A stretch of 64,000 bases of DNA from Hyphomicrobiales bacterium. GTDB taxonomy: Bacteria; Pseudomonadota; Alphaproteobacteria; Rhizobiales; Beijerinckiaceae. Numbering within the stretch: position 1 is the stretch's first letter; each line of letters starts with the position of its first letter. The position numbers were made by a program, and so were the translations under genes. Of the stretch, positions 28,015 through 37,289 are shown piece after piece. The stretch spans positions 7,761 through 71,760 of the forward strand of contig JAQGJH010000014.1 of the NCBI GenBank assembly GCA_028290705.1. Direction: 5' to 3'. Below the pieces are notes generated by a model, which was not told where the DNA came from, searched no databases, and saw only the letters and a program-made list of their open reading frames with translations.

Positions 28015-29124
28015 ATGAGCACTCAGGAACAGCCGCGCTACGGCGTGGATCCCTATCTCGACTGGATCGCGCGCGAAGGGCTGCCGGTCACCGAGGATTA
28101 CGGTATCGACCTCTTCTCGGTCGAGACCAAGCCGTGGGCGCGCTATGGCGTCAAGGGCGCGGCGGTGCATCTCAAGGGCCGGGGCGATTTTTCGAACATG
28201 TTCCTGTTCGACATTGGCCCGGGTCAATCGACGACGCCGCAGCGCCATCTCTACGAAGACGTGATCTACGTGCTCGAGGGCACGGGCTCGACGCAGGTCG
28301 AGTTCGCCGACGGCACGAAGCGCAGTTTCGAGTGGGGGCCGAAAAGCCTGTTCGCCATTCCGCTCAACGCGAAGCACCGCCACTTCAACGGCAGCGGCCG
28401 CGAGCGGGCGCTGCTGGTCTCGACCACCAACCTTCCGATGATCCTCAACGTCTTCCACGACGAGGGTTTCGTCTTCAACACCGATCGCGACTTCATGGAA
28501 CGCGCCGGAAAGCAGGGCTATTTCGCCGGTGAGGGCGACCTCATCACGGTGCGGCCCGGCAACCACATGTGGGAAACCAATTTCGTTCCGGATCTGGCCG
28601 CCATCGAGCTCAAGTCGTGGGGCGATCGCGGCGCGGGCGGCACCAACATCATGTTCGTGCTGGCCGATGGAATCATGCATGCCCATATTTCGGAAATGCC
28701 GGTCGGCACCTACAAGAAGGGCCACAAGCACGGACCAAGCTTCCACGTGATGTGCGTCACGGGCCACGGCTATTCGCTGTTGTGGTATCCGAACCAGCAG
28801 GATTTCATCCGCATCGACTGGAAGCACGGCACGGTCTTCCCGCCCGCCGACCAGCAGTTCCACCAGCATTTCAACACCAGCCAGGCGCCGGCCCGCTATC
28901 TCGCGACCGCCGTCGGCGGCCTGCGCTATCCGACTATGCTGGCGCAGCGGCGGTCCCTGCTCGGCGTCGATGGCCAGAAGGGCGCGGTCTCGCTGTCGAT
29001 CAAGGAAGGCGGCGACCAGATCGAGTACGAGGATCAGGATCCGCGCATTCATCGGGAATGGCTCGATGAAATGCGCAAGAACGACGTCACGCCCAAGATG
29101 GACAAGTTCAAGATCGCCAGCTGA
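28015..29124 (+). CDS. Bicupin protein of unknown function
   Basis: Cupin 1: PQRHLYED.IYVLEG.G...IPLNAKHRHFN. Cupin 2: YKKGHKHGP.......G.GYS...PP....FHQHFN. ATG 28015 after GGGAGG. Confidence 0.85.
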   Translation: MSTQEQPRYGVDPYLDWIAREGLPVTEDYGIDLFSVETKPWARYGVKGAAVHLKGRGDFSNMFLFDIGPGQSTTPQRHLYEDVIYVLEGTGSTQVEFADGTKRSFEWGPKSLFAIPLNAKHRHFNGSGRERALLVSTTNLPMILNVFHDEGFVFNTDRDFMERAGKQGYFAGEGDLITVRPGNHMWETNFVPDLAAIELKSWGDRGAGGTNIMFVLADGIMHAHISEMPVGTYKKGHKHGPSFHVMCVTGHGYSLLWYPNQQDFIRIDWKHGTVFPPADQQFHQHFNTSQAPARYLATAVGGLRYPTMLAQRRSLLGVDGQKGAVSLSIKEGGDQIEYEDQDPRIHREWLDEMRKNDVTPKMDKFKIAS

Positions 29125-29153
29125 TCCGGTCTGCTTGCCACGACGACACGCCG

Positions 29154-29183
29154 ATCCCCGGGCGCGCGCCCGGGGATTTTTTT
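29154..29183 (+). terminator. Rho-independent terminator closing the ophA2-eutA-like-cupin unit
   Basis: ATCCCCGGGCG-CG-CGCCCGGGGAT hairpin followed by a T run. Confidence 0.85.
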
Positions 29184-29285
29184 CGGTCCTGCATTCCGAT
29201 TGGCGCGTGGACCCGATCGCCCCTAGACTGCTCCTGCAATTCGCGCCGGGCCCGCCCGAGACAGCGAAAACACGGGAGGACGTTC

Positions 29286-30341
29286 ATGGACCGCAGACAG
29301 GTGCTGCTCGGCCTCGGGGCCGCAGGTTTTTTCAACGGCATCGCAACGCCATCGTCATCAGCCCAGGATTCGGTCGAGGCCTTCTACAAGGGACGGACCG
29401 TGACGCTGTTCGTGCCGACCGCACCCGGCGGCATCAACGATATCTCGGCGCGTCTGACGGCGCGCCACATGGGCCGCTTTCTGCCGGGTGCGCCCAACAT
29501 CGTCGTGCAGAACATTCCGGGCGGCGGCGGCCTCGTGGCGGCCAACCGCCTCTACAACACCGCCGAGCGCGACGGATCGGTGATCTCCATCATCCAGCGC
29601 GGCACGATGCAACTCGCCATCCAGGGCCACGCCAACGCCAAGTTCGATCCGATGCGGTTCACCTGGCTGGGGAGCCTGTCGTCCTACGAGGACGACGCCT
29701 ATCTTCTTCTCGTCAATGCCGACCATCCGGCGAAGACGGCGGCTGACCTGAAGAAGACCGGCGTGGTCGTGAAACTCGGCGGTGACCAACCCGGCTCGAC
29801 CAACCTCACTTTCGCGATCATCGCCAAAACCGTTCTGGGCCTCAACGTCGACGTGGTGCGGGGCTACCCGGGAGCCGCCCCGATGTTTCTCGCCATGCAG
29901 CGCGGCGAGATCGACGGCCAGGTGATCGGCTACCATTCGGTCCGGGCGGGCCAGCCGCATTTGTGGGACAACAAGAAGGTGCGGCCGCTCGTCCAGTTCG
30001 GCCGCGTTGACCGCCTTTCGTCGCTGCCGGACGTGCCCACGGGGCGCGAACTCGCGCCTGACGCCAGGATGCGCGCGCTGCTGGAATTCGCCGAACTGCC
30101 GTTCTTCATGGCGCTGCCGTTCCTGGCACCGCCGGACGTTCCGGCGGAACGCGCGGCGGCGCTGCAGAAGGCTTTCATGGACATGACACGCGATGCCGAC
30201 TTCAAGGCCGACGCCGAGAAGATGAAGGTGGATCTTTCGCCGATCGACGGCGCCGCGGTGAAGAAACTAGTGGCCGCTTCCACGACGACGCCGAAAGACG
30301 TCATCGCGCTGTATAACGAGTTGGTGCCGGTGGGGAACTGA
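29286..30341 (+). CDS. Bug/TctC-family substrate-binding protein with Tat-like signal
   Basis: MDRRQVLLG leader; FYKGRTV, PGG..D..AR, QNIPGGGG, GYPG......AMQRGEIDG, LPDVPT. Confidence 0.9.
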   Translation: MDRRQVLLGLGAAGFFNGIATPSSSAQDSVEAFYKGRTVTLFVPTAPGGINDISARLTARHMGRFLPGAPNIVVQNIPGGGGLVAANRLYNTAERDGSVISIIQRGTMQLAIQGHANAKFDPMRFTWLGSLSSYEDDAYLLLVNADHPAKTAADLKKTGVVVKLGGDQPGSTNLTFAIIAKTVLGLNVDVVRGYPGAAPMFLAMQRGEIDGQVIGYHSVRAGQPHLWDNKKVRPLVQFGRVDRLSSLPDVPTGRELAPDARMRALLEFAELPFFMALPFLAPPDVPAERAAALQKAFMDMTRDADFKADAEKMKVDLSPIDGAAVKKLVAASTTTPKDVIALYNELVPVGN

Positions 30342-30366
30342 GACGCGCGCTTCGCGGGGCGCGCGC

Positions 30367-31206
30367 CTAGCTGCGCGTCCAGCCTGGCGGGTTCGTGGCC
30401 TTGATGCGCCGGCCTTCCTTGACGAGTTCCTTGACCGCGCCCGTGACCGGCAGAGCGAGGCCCGCCTGATCGGCCATTTTCGAAACGATCTGCATGTCCT
30501 TCAGCGCCCAGGTGAAGGTCGTCTGGTCCCAGTCTTCAAGAGCCTGACTCTTGCCGGAGCTCATCATCAAGGCGGCGCGCAGGTTGGGCAAGTCGATGCC
30601 GGTCGACTCGGCGATGCGTCCGGCCTCGATCAGACCGATCGAGGTGATCCACAACATGAGATTGTTCATCGCCTTGCCGACCTGGCCATGCCCCACGTCG
30701 CCAAGATGCGCGATGTCCGACGCGAAGGTCCCGAAGACTTTGCGTCCGCGCTCCACCACGTCGGGGCGACCGCCAAACAGCGCCAGAAGCTTGCCCTCAT
30801 CGGCGAACCAGCGGCCCCGGCAGATCGGCGCATCGAGCACGTCGACGCCTTTCGCCCGCGCTTTGTCGTCGAGCGCCTTGACGGTGTCGGGCGCAACCGT
30901 CGAGCAGACGGCAATGATGGCTCCAGGCTTCAATGCGTCCAGAAGCCCCTGCTCGCCCAAAACCACGGCGTTGACTTCGTCGTCGTAGCCGACGCCCAGG
31001 ATGACGATGTCGCTGGCATGGCCGACCTCCGCGGGAGACGACACGACGGTCGCGCCCATGTCGCGCACCTTGGCAATGTTGTCCGGGTTGATGTCGTGCG
31101 CCGTTACCGCATATCCATGTCGGATGAGGTGTTTCACCATGGGCTGGCCCATTCGGCCGACGCCGATGATGCCGACGCGCTCACGCGTGGCGTTCTGCTC
31201 GCTCAT
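30367..31206 (-). CDS. NAD(P)-dependent beta-hydroxyacid dehydrogenase (3-hydroxyisobutyrate/6PGDH family)
   Basis: VGIIGVGRMG.PM, STVAP, LDAP, G.GQ..K..NN, KD; ATG 31206 after AGGAGA (alternative start 31224). Confidence 0.88.
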   Translation of the reverse strand: MSEQNATRERVGIIGVGRMGQPMVKHLIRHGYAVTAHDINPDNIAKVRDMGATVVSSPAEVGHASDIVILGVGYDDEVNAVVLGEQGLLDALKPGAIIAVCSTVAPDTVKALDDKARAKGVDVLDAPICRGRWFADEGKLLALFGGRPDVVERGRKVFGTFASDIAHLGDVGHGQVGKAMNNLMLWITSIGLIEAGRIAESTGIDLPNLRAALMMSSGKSQALEDWDQTTFTWALKDMQIVSKMADQAGLALPVTGAVKELVKEGRRIKATNPPGWTRS

Positions 31207-31220
31207 GTCGTCTCTCCTGT

Positions 31221-32879
31221 TCATTCGACGGCTTGACCGTAATCTTTTGCGGCGGCTTCGGGTGTCACGCGCCCCTCAGCCACGTCTGACGCGAGCGCCT
31301 GCGCATCGCGCGCATGCGGGTCGCCATAGCCGCCACCGCCCGCGCTCTGCAGCAGGATGCGGTCTCCGGCCTTGAGTTCGAAACGGCCGGAGGCCCGGAC
31401 GACTTTCTCGTGCTCGGTTCCGGGATTGATGACGAAGCGGCCCGGTCCGCCTTCGCGACCGCCCGCCACGCCATTGGGCGGAAATCGGCTCTTGTCGAAG
31501 CGGCGGATGATGCTCGCGTCCTCCAGCAGTTCGTATTCGCGCAGCATCGAGAGGCCGCCGCGCCAACGGCCGGCGCCGCCCGTATCCGGCGCCATGTCGA
31601 AGCGCGTCACCCTGCAGGGATATTCGGACTCGAGGATCTCGATCGGGGTGATGTGCAGGTTGCTGAGATGCGCCGCTGTCGCGGACGTTCCGTCATGTCC
31701 CATGCCGCCGCCATAGGCCGAGCCGATGATCTCATATTGCATGTTCGAGCCGCCGGGCCGGCCTCGGCTCCAGTTGATCAGCAGGGCGCTGGACGACCCC
31801 GCGCCCGCGGTGGCGCGCGCCGGGTGGAAATGCGCCATGGCGTCGAGGATGACGTCGACCAGCTTCAGATTGACCATCTGGTAGTTGGACACTGGCGCAG
31901 GAGCGCGGGCGTCCGTGACGGTGCCGGGCTTGGTGACGATGCGGACAGCGTCGCGCATGCCGTCGTTGAAGGCGAAGCGTGGGCCGAGGCTGCCGATCAA
32001 TGCGTAGAAAACGCAGGCCTCCACCATGGAGGGCCGCAGGTTGACCGGCCCCCTCGCCTGCGGATCGCTGCCGGAGAAATCGAAAGTCGCGAGCCCGTCC
32101 TTGACCTCAATGGCGACCGCGAGCCGGATCGGCTTGTCCATCACGACACCGTCGCTGTCGAGGAATCCCTCGGCCGACGATGAACCTTCCGGCAGTCTGG
32201 CGATGGCGCCGCGCAATTCGTCGGTGGCGCCTTTCAGGATGGCGGCGAAGGCCTCCGTCATCGTGCCTGCGCCGAAGCGCTCGCAAAGCTCGCCGACGCG
32301 CATCGCGCCCATCTCGGTCACGGCAATCTGCGCCGTGACGTCGCCGCGCACCAGCGCGGGCTGCCGCGTGTTGGCGAGGATCAGCCGCTCGATGTCGGGC
32401 AGTGGCCTGCCGCCCGCACGTATCCTGATCGGCGGAATGAGCAGGCCCTCGTGGAACATCTCCGTTGCGTTGGCGGAGGTCGATCCAGGGACGGTTCCGC
32501 CGATGTCGGCCTTGTGGGCGATGGATCCCGAAAACGCGACGATCCTTCCGTCGGCGAAGACCGGCGCGACGAAGGCCATGTCGGACACGTGCGGCAGCCC
32601 GCCCTCATAAGGATGGTTCGACACGAAGACGTCGCCCGGTTCGATGCCGCCGTCGCCATAGACTTCGAGAATGCGGCCGACGAGGTGGCGATAGACCGGC
32701 GCGTGAAAAAACATCGGCGGCGCGACGATGAGGCGTCCCGTGGCGTCGACGATCACGCAGGAAAAATCGCGGGATTCGCGGATGATGGTGGAGTAGCCCG
32801 AACGATAGAAATGGTAGTGCATTTCATCGACGAGGCTGGCGATCTTGTTGCGCAGGATCTGGATGGTGATCGCGTCCAT
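31221..32879 (-). CDS. Hydantoinase B/5-oxoprolinase subunit
   Basis: RSGYS.IIRESRDFS, NHPY.GG.PH..D, AHKADIG, EGL.IPP, EI.E..YP, GGAGRWRGG, GGGGYGDP. Confidence 0.93.
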   Translation of the reverse strand: MDAITIQILRNKIASLVDEMHYHFYRSGYSTIIRESRDFSCVIVDATGRLIVAPPMFFHAPVYRHLVGRILEVYGDGGIEPGDVFVSNHPYEGGLPHVSDMAFVAPVFADGRIVAFSGSIAHKADIGGTVPGSTSANATEMFHEGLLIPPIRIRAGGRPLPDIERLILANTRQPALVRGDVTAQIAVTEMGAMRVGELCERFGAGTMTEAFAAILKGATDELRGAIARLPEGSSSAEGFLDSDGVVMDKPIRLAVAIEVKDGLATFDFSGSDPQARGPVNLRPSMVEACVFYALIGSLGPRFAFNDGMRDAVRIVTKPGTVTDARAPAPVSNYQMVNLKLVDVILDAMAHFHPARATAGAGSSSALLINWSRGRPGGSNMQYEIIGSAYGGGMGHDGTSATAAHLSNLHITPIEILESEYPCRVTRFDMAPDTGGAGRWRGGLSMLREYELLEDASIIRRFDKSRFPPNGVAGGREGGPGRFVINPGTEHEKVVRASGRFELKAGDRILLQSAGGGGYGDPHARDAQALASDVAEGRVTPEAAAKDYGQAVE

Positions 32880-32882
32880 GGC

Positions 32883-34994
32883 TCAGCCCTTGCGCTCGAG
32901 AACGAGATTGCGGAAGCCGTCGACGCGTGCGCTCCACCCTGGATTGACGATCGTCGTGGCGTCGAACTGCTCGACGATCGCGGGACCCTCGATCGACACA
33001 CCGACGTCGAGACCGTCACGCTCGTAGACGCGCGCCACGACGGCATTGCGGCCATCGAAATAGACGGTTCGCTGGCCTTTCTCCGCCGATGCGATGGCGC
33101 GTGGGTGCGCCGGCGGCGCGTCTTCGCGCGGCTCGTATTTGGGAACCGCGACGCGCAAGCGCAGACGATAGCTGACGATCTCGACCGGGCGATCGGATGC
33201 GGCGTGCCCGTGGATCTGCGCATGCCGTTCGTCGAAACGGTCGCGCGCGCGCGTCATGGACGAAGCGTCGAGCCGTGTCGCGAACAGGCCGTCGAGCGGT
33301 GTGCGCAATTCGTAGCCCTGCCCGGTGTATCGCAGATCGAATTCGCGCGAGAAACGTGCGTCCTCCAGCTTCATGCCCTCGGCCACGAGTTCGCGCCGCG
33401 CCTTTGCTTCCAGCGCGGCGAAGATCTCCTCCGCGTGATCGGGCGTGACCTCGGCGAACGGCCGCAGTTCCGAGCGGATGTAATCGTGCACCACGTCTGT
33501 GCAGAGCAGGCCCAGCGCCGAGAAGGCGCCGGGGCGCATCGGCACGAGGATGCGCTTCATGCCGAGTTCTTCGGCGACGGCCGCCGCATGGACCGCGCCT
33601 GCGCCCCCGAAGGGCAAAAGCGTGAAGGTCGACAGATCGACGCCGCGCTTGGCCGCGAAAACACGGACTTCGTCGGCCATGCGCATGTCGACGATTCTGC
33701 GGATTCCGGCTGCGGCTTCGAGCTCATCGAGCCCGAGCGGGCGCGCGACATGCGTTTCCAGCGCGGCGCGCGCGGCTGCAACGTCGAGCTTTTGCGCTCC
33801 GCCGAGAAAATAGTCCGGATTGAGGTAGCCGCAGACGATGTCGGCGTCCGTGACGGTCGGGCGTTCGCCGCCGCGCCCGTAGCAGGCGGGCCCTGGAGCC
33901 GCGCCCGCGCTCTGTGGTCCAACAGTGAGAAATCCGCCGCCGTCGATGGACGCGATGGACCCGCCGCCCGCCGAGATGGTGGTCATGTCGAGCGCCGGCA
34001 CGTCGATCTGCCGACGCGCGATGACGCCTTCCGTGATTTCCAGCGGCACACCGCCCTCGATGAAGGCGATGTCGGCGCTGGTGCCGCCCATGTCCAGCGT
34101 GACGAGTCCGCGGCCGGCATCCGCAGCCGCCAGATAGGCGCTGGCCTGCGCGCCCGCCGCCGGCCCGGACAGCAGCGTGTGCACCGTGCGACCGCCCTCG
34201 ATGGCCGCCGTGAACGGCATGACGCCGCCGTTCGACTGCATCAGAAACCGCTGCTGCGTGCCGAGGCCGCATTCGTCAAGGCCGCGATTGAGATGATCGA
34301 TGTAGCGCACCAGGACCGGCTCGAGATAAGCATTGAGCAAAGTCGTCGAGAGCCGCGCCCATTCGCGAATGCGCGGCAGGACCTCGCTTGAGATCGACAC
34401 CTGGATGTCGGGCGCTTCCTCGCGGATGATGCGACGCGTCTCCTCCTCGTGCGCCGGGTTCATGAAGGAGAAGAGATACGAGACCGCGATGGATTCGACA
34501 CCCGCGTCGCGCAACTTCCGTGCTGCCTGCCGCACCGCATCGCGATCGAGCGGCGTGAGCACTTCGCCGTGGTAATCCGTGCGTTCGGGAATTTCGCAGG
34601 TGAGGCTCTGGGGCGCGATGGGCGTCGGCTTCGTGTAGAAATAATCGAACAGATTTCCGTCACGCGCCTGCGACTGCACTTCCTGCACGGCGCGATAGCC
34701 GCGCGTGATCAGCAGACCCACCTTCGCGCCCCGCATTTCGAGCAGCGCGTTGGTGGTGATGGTCGTGCCGTGGGCGAAGAATTCGATGTCGTTCGGGCTG
34801 ATGCCCTTCTGGACGAATTTGGCGACGCCGTTGAGCACGCCGAGCGCCGGATTGGCTGGTGTGGACGACACCTTTTCGACCGCGAAAGACCCCGTGCGCG
34901 TGTCGAGGAGTACGAGATCGGTGTGCGTGCCGCCGACGTCGACTCCGAGGCGATAGCGCGAAGCTTTGCGATTCGCGTTTTCCTGGCCCAGCAT
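32883..34994 (-). CDS. Hydantoinase A/5-oxoprolinase subunit
   Basis: GVDVGGTHTD, HGTTITTNALLE, MQSNGG, LSGPAAG, DMGGTSAD, AGGGSI, GP.SAGA.PGPACYGRGG, FGGAG..HA; start ATG 34994. Confidence 0.93.
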   Translation of the reverse strand: MLGQENANRKASRYRLGVDVGGTHTDLVLLDTRTGSFAVEKVSSTPANPALGVLNGVAKFVQKGISPNDIEFFAHGTTITTNALLEMRGAKVGLLITRGYRAVQEVQSQARDGNLFDYFYTKPTPIAPQSLTCEIPERTDYHGEVLTPLDRDAVRQAARKLRDAGVESIAVSYLFSFMNPAHEEETRRIIREEAPDIQVSISSEVLPRIREWARLSTTLLNAYLEPVLVRYIDHLNRGLDECGLGTQQRFLMQSNGGVMPFTAAIEGGRTVHTLLSGPAAGAQASAYLAAADAGRGLVTLDMGGTSADIAFIEGGVPLEITEGVIARRQIDVPALDMTTISAGGGSIASIDGGGFLTVGPQSAGAAPGPACYGRGGERPTVTDADIVCGYLNPDYFLGGAQKLDVAAARAALETHVARPLGLDELEAAAGIRRIVDMRMADEVRVFAAKRGVDLSTFTLLPFGGAGAVHAAAVAEELGMKRILVPMRPGAFSALGLLCTDVVHDYIRSELRPFAEVTPDHAEEIFAALEAKARRELVAEGMKLEDARFSREFDLRYTGQGYELRTPLDGLFATRLDASSMTRARDRFDERHAQIHGHAASDRPVEIVSYRLRLRVAVPKYEPREDAPPAHPRAIASAEKGQRTVYFDGRNAVVARVYERDGLDVGVSIEGPAIVEQFDATTIVNPGWSARVDGFRNLVLERKG

Positions 34995-35164
34995 GGCGCT
35001 TCCCTGTCCCCTGGCGGCCTCTCTGGTGGAGGCGCGTCCGCGCGTGAACCGCGCTTGTGTCGTTTCCCCCGGCGCGCAAAAGACGCCGATGCGGCAGACT
35101 AGCCCGCCTGCACGTTCAGGTAAATTCAAGCCTGCCTGTATGTCGGGTAAAGCGCGTGTTTAGC

Positions 35165-35539
35165 TCAGCGTATGCCGAACTTGTCTCGGTCGAGCCCCTT
35201 GGCCGCGAGATCGTCGAGATAGGCCTGGAACTTCACCTCGGCGTTTTCGCCAAGGTCGCGCAGGAAGGTCCACGAATAGATGCCGGACGAATGCATGTCG
35301 TCGAAGCCGAGACGCACGGCGTAGTTTCCGACGGCGTCGACCGACAGGATCGCAACGTTGCGCTTGCCCCCGACGGTCTTGCGTTCGGCGGCCGAATGAC
35401 CCTGAACCTCGGCCGATGGACTGGTGACGCGGAGCATCTCAGCGGGGAGGTCAAAGCGCGCTCCGTCATCGAACGCGATCGTCAGTGCGCGGCGATCTTT
35501 CGACAGTCGCAATTCGGTCGGCCAGAATTCGTCGCTCAT
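35165..35539 (-). CDS. DUF971 (GBBH-like N-terminal) protein
   Basis: WPTELRL, L.AE.LRV.SPSAEVQGH, VGNYAVRL.FDD.H.SGIY.W..L. Confidence 0.9.
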   Translation of the reverse strand: MSDEFWPTELRLSKDRRALTIAFDDGARFDLPAEMLRVTSPSAEVQGHSAAERKTVGGKRNVAILSVDAVGNYAVRLGFDDMHSSGIYSWTFLRDLGENAEVKFQAYLDDLAAKGLDRDKFGIR

Positions 35540-35772
35540 GAGAGGCCTCCGACTTTTTCGATGAGAAAGACGGTTCGCGCCTCGGCGCGCTCGGCGATTT
35601 CCACGCGGTCTCCGGTCTCGCGAATGAGGTTCGGAATGTCGATCACCGCCATGGGGTCTGTGCAATGCACTTCCAGGCTGTCGCCCGGGGCAAGCGACTT
35701 CAGGGCCTTGCGCGTCTTCAGCGCCGGCAGTGGGCATTTCAATCCGGTCAGATCGAGCTTCGTCAGGGCCAT
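35536..35772 (-). CDS. tusA: TusA/SirA-family sulfur carrier
   Basis: LDLTGLKCPLP.LK.RKAL, L.V..TDP....DIP; ATGA overlap with the DUF971 gene. Confidence 0.9.
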   Translation of the reverse strand: MALTKLDLTGLKCPLPALKTRKALKSLAPGDSLEVHCTDPMAVIDIPNLIRETGDRVEIAERAEARTVFLIEKVGGLS

Positions 35773-35914
35773 GCGGCATGAGATGGCGGAGTGCGCAGAG
35801 CGCGTCAACACACATCGCCGCACGCCTTCAAAAGATCGTCGCTGGAACCCCGCTGCCCCGCGCCATAGTTTATCGGGGCGTCCCGCGAAGGGCCGCGAGG
35901 CGAGGGTTTTTCCT

Positions 35915-37195
35915 ATGCGTTTGGGCCTTGTGTTGCTGACGATGCTGACCGCCGTGACGCCGCTTGCGGCCCAGCCCGAGTTGCGCGGGCATGGCGGGCC
36001 TGTCCGCGCCATCGCGGTGGCGCCGGACGGCAAGTTCGCGCTGACCGGCAGCTTCGACCAGTCCGCCATTCTATGGTCCCTGGAGCAAGGCGTGGCGTTG
36101 GCGGTGCTGCGCGTCCATGAGGGTGCGGTCAATGCCGTGGCGGCCCTGCCGGACGGACGTTTTGCCAGCGGGGCGGAAGACGGCAGGATCGCGATCTGGT
36201 CACGGAGCGACCTGACGAAGCCAGAGACCATCATGGAGGTCCATTCCGGTCCGATCGTCGCCCTGGCGGTCGCGCCGGATGGCGGCTCGATCGCCTCCGC
36301 CTCGTGGGATTCGACGCTGCGGATCACGCGCCTCGCGGGCGGACAATCGCGCGCCTTCACGGGCCATCAGGGCAATGTGAACGGCGTCGTCTTTTCGCCG
36401 GACGGGCGCATGCTTCTCAGCGCCGGCTACGACGCGACGCTGCGTCTCTGGCCGCTGGACGGCGCGACGCCCCGCATCGTGCGGATGAACGCGCCCTTGA
36501 ATGCCTTGGCGATCTCATCACGCGGCGAAGTCGCGGCGGGCGGCTCCGATGGATCGGTTTTCCTCCTTGGTCCCGACGGTTCGCTGCTCGAGACCATCCA
36601 GGCAGCAGAGGCCCCGGTCATTGCGCTGGCCTTCTCGCCGGATGGGTCGCGACTTGCGGCCGCGAGCCCGCGGGGCGCTGTCGCGGTGATCGATGTGGCC
36701 AAGCGTCAGCAGGTATTCACGTTGAACGGTCCCGGGCTGCCGGTCTGGTCCATGGCCTATACGGCGGACGGGCGGCAATTGCTGACGGGCGGCGGCGATC
36801 GCGTCGTGCGCCGCTGGGATGCACGGACCGGCGATCATCTCGGGCCGGTGGTGATCGAGCGGGGAGCCGACGTGATGGCGGGACTCGACGGCAGCCGCGG
36901 CGCAGAGGTGTTCAAGGCCTGTGCGGTGTGCCACACGCTGACACCGAACGACGGCAACCGCGCCGGCCCGACCCTGCACGGCGTGATGGGACGGCGCATC
37001 GGCACGGCGGCCGGTTACGTCTATTCAGCGGACTTCGCCAAGCACGACATCGTCTGGAGCAAGGAGACGATCGCGCGTCTCTTCGAGATCGGCCCGCAAA
37101 CCTATACGCCAGGCACGAAAATGCCCGAGCAGATCGTCGGAACGGCGGAAGACCGCGCTGCACTCGTTGATTTTATCGAGAAATCGACGCGGTGA
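35915..37195 (+). CDS. Secreted WD40 beta-propeller fused to class I cytochrome c
   Basis: Signal peptide MRLGLVLL...LAA; repeated GH...V..(D)...W units; C-terminal CAVCH, GPTLHG, PGTKM. Confidence 0.9.
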   Translation: MRLGLVLLTMLTAVTPLAAQPELRGHGGPVRAIAVAPDGKFALTGSFDQSAILWSLEQGVALAVLRVHEGAVNAVAALPDGRFASGAEDGRIAIWSRSDLTKPETIMEVHSGPIVALAVAPDGGSIASASWDSTLRITRLAGGQSRAFTGHQGNVNGVVFSPDGRMLLSAGYDATLRLWPLDGATPRIVRMNAPLNALAISSRGEVAAGGSDGSVFLLGPDGSLLETIQAAEAPVIALAFSPDGSRLAAASPRGAVAVIDVAKRQQVFTLNGPGLPVWSMAYTADGRQLLTGGGDRVVRRWDARTGDHLGPVVIERGADVMAGLDGSRGAEVFKACAVCHTLTPNDGNRAGPTLHGVMGRRIGTAAGYVYSADFAKHDIVWSKETIARLFEIGPQTYTPGTKMPEQIVGTAEDRAALVDFIEKSTR

Positions 37196-37289
37196 GAACG
37201 AGACCGCTTGATTTGATCGGCCAGCGTCGCCATAGAATCAGACAGCGAAGCCGCTGCAGCGGCAATGCGGATATTCGGGGGGTGCGCTC

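Noticed and set aside
35057-35914. N-terminal extension of the WD40-cytochrome ORF
   Set aside because: It overlaps tusA and DUF971 on the other strand; the signal peptide starts at 35915.
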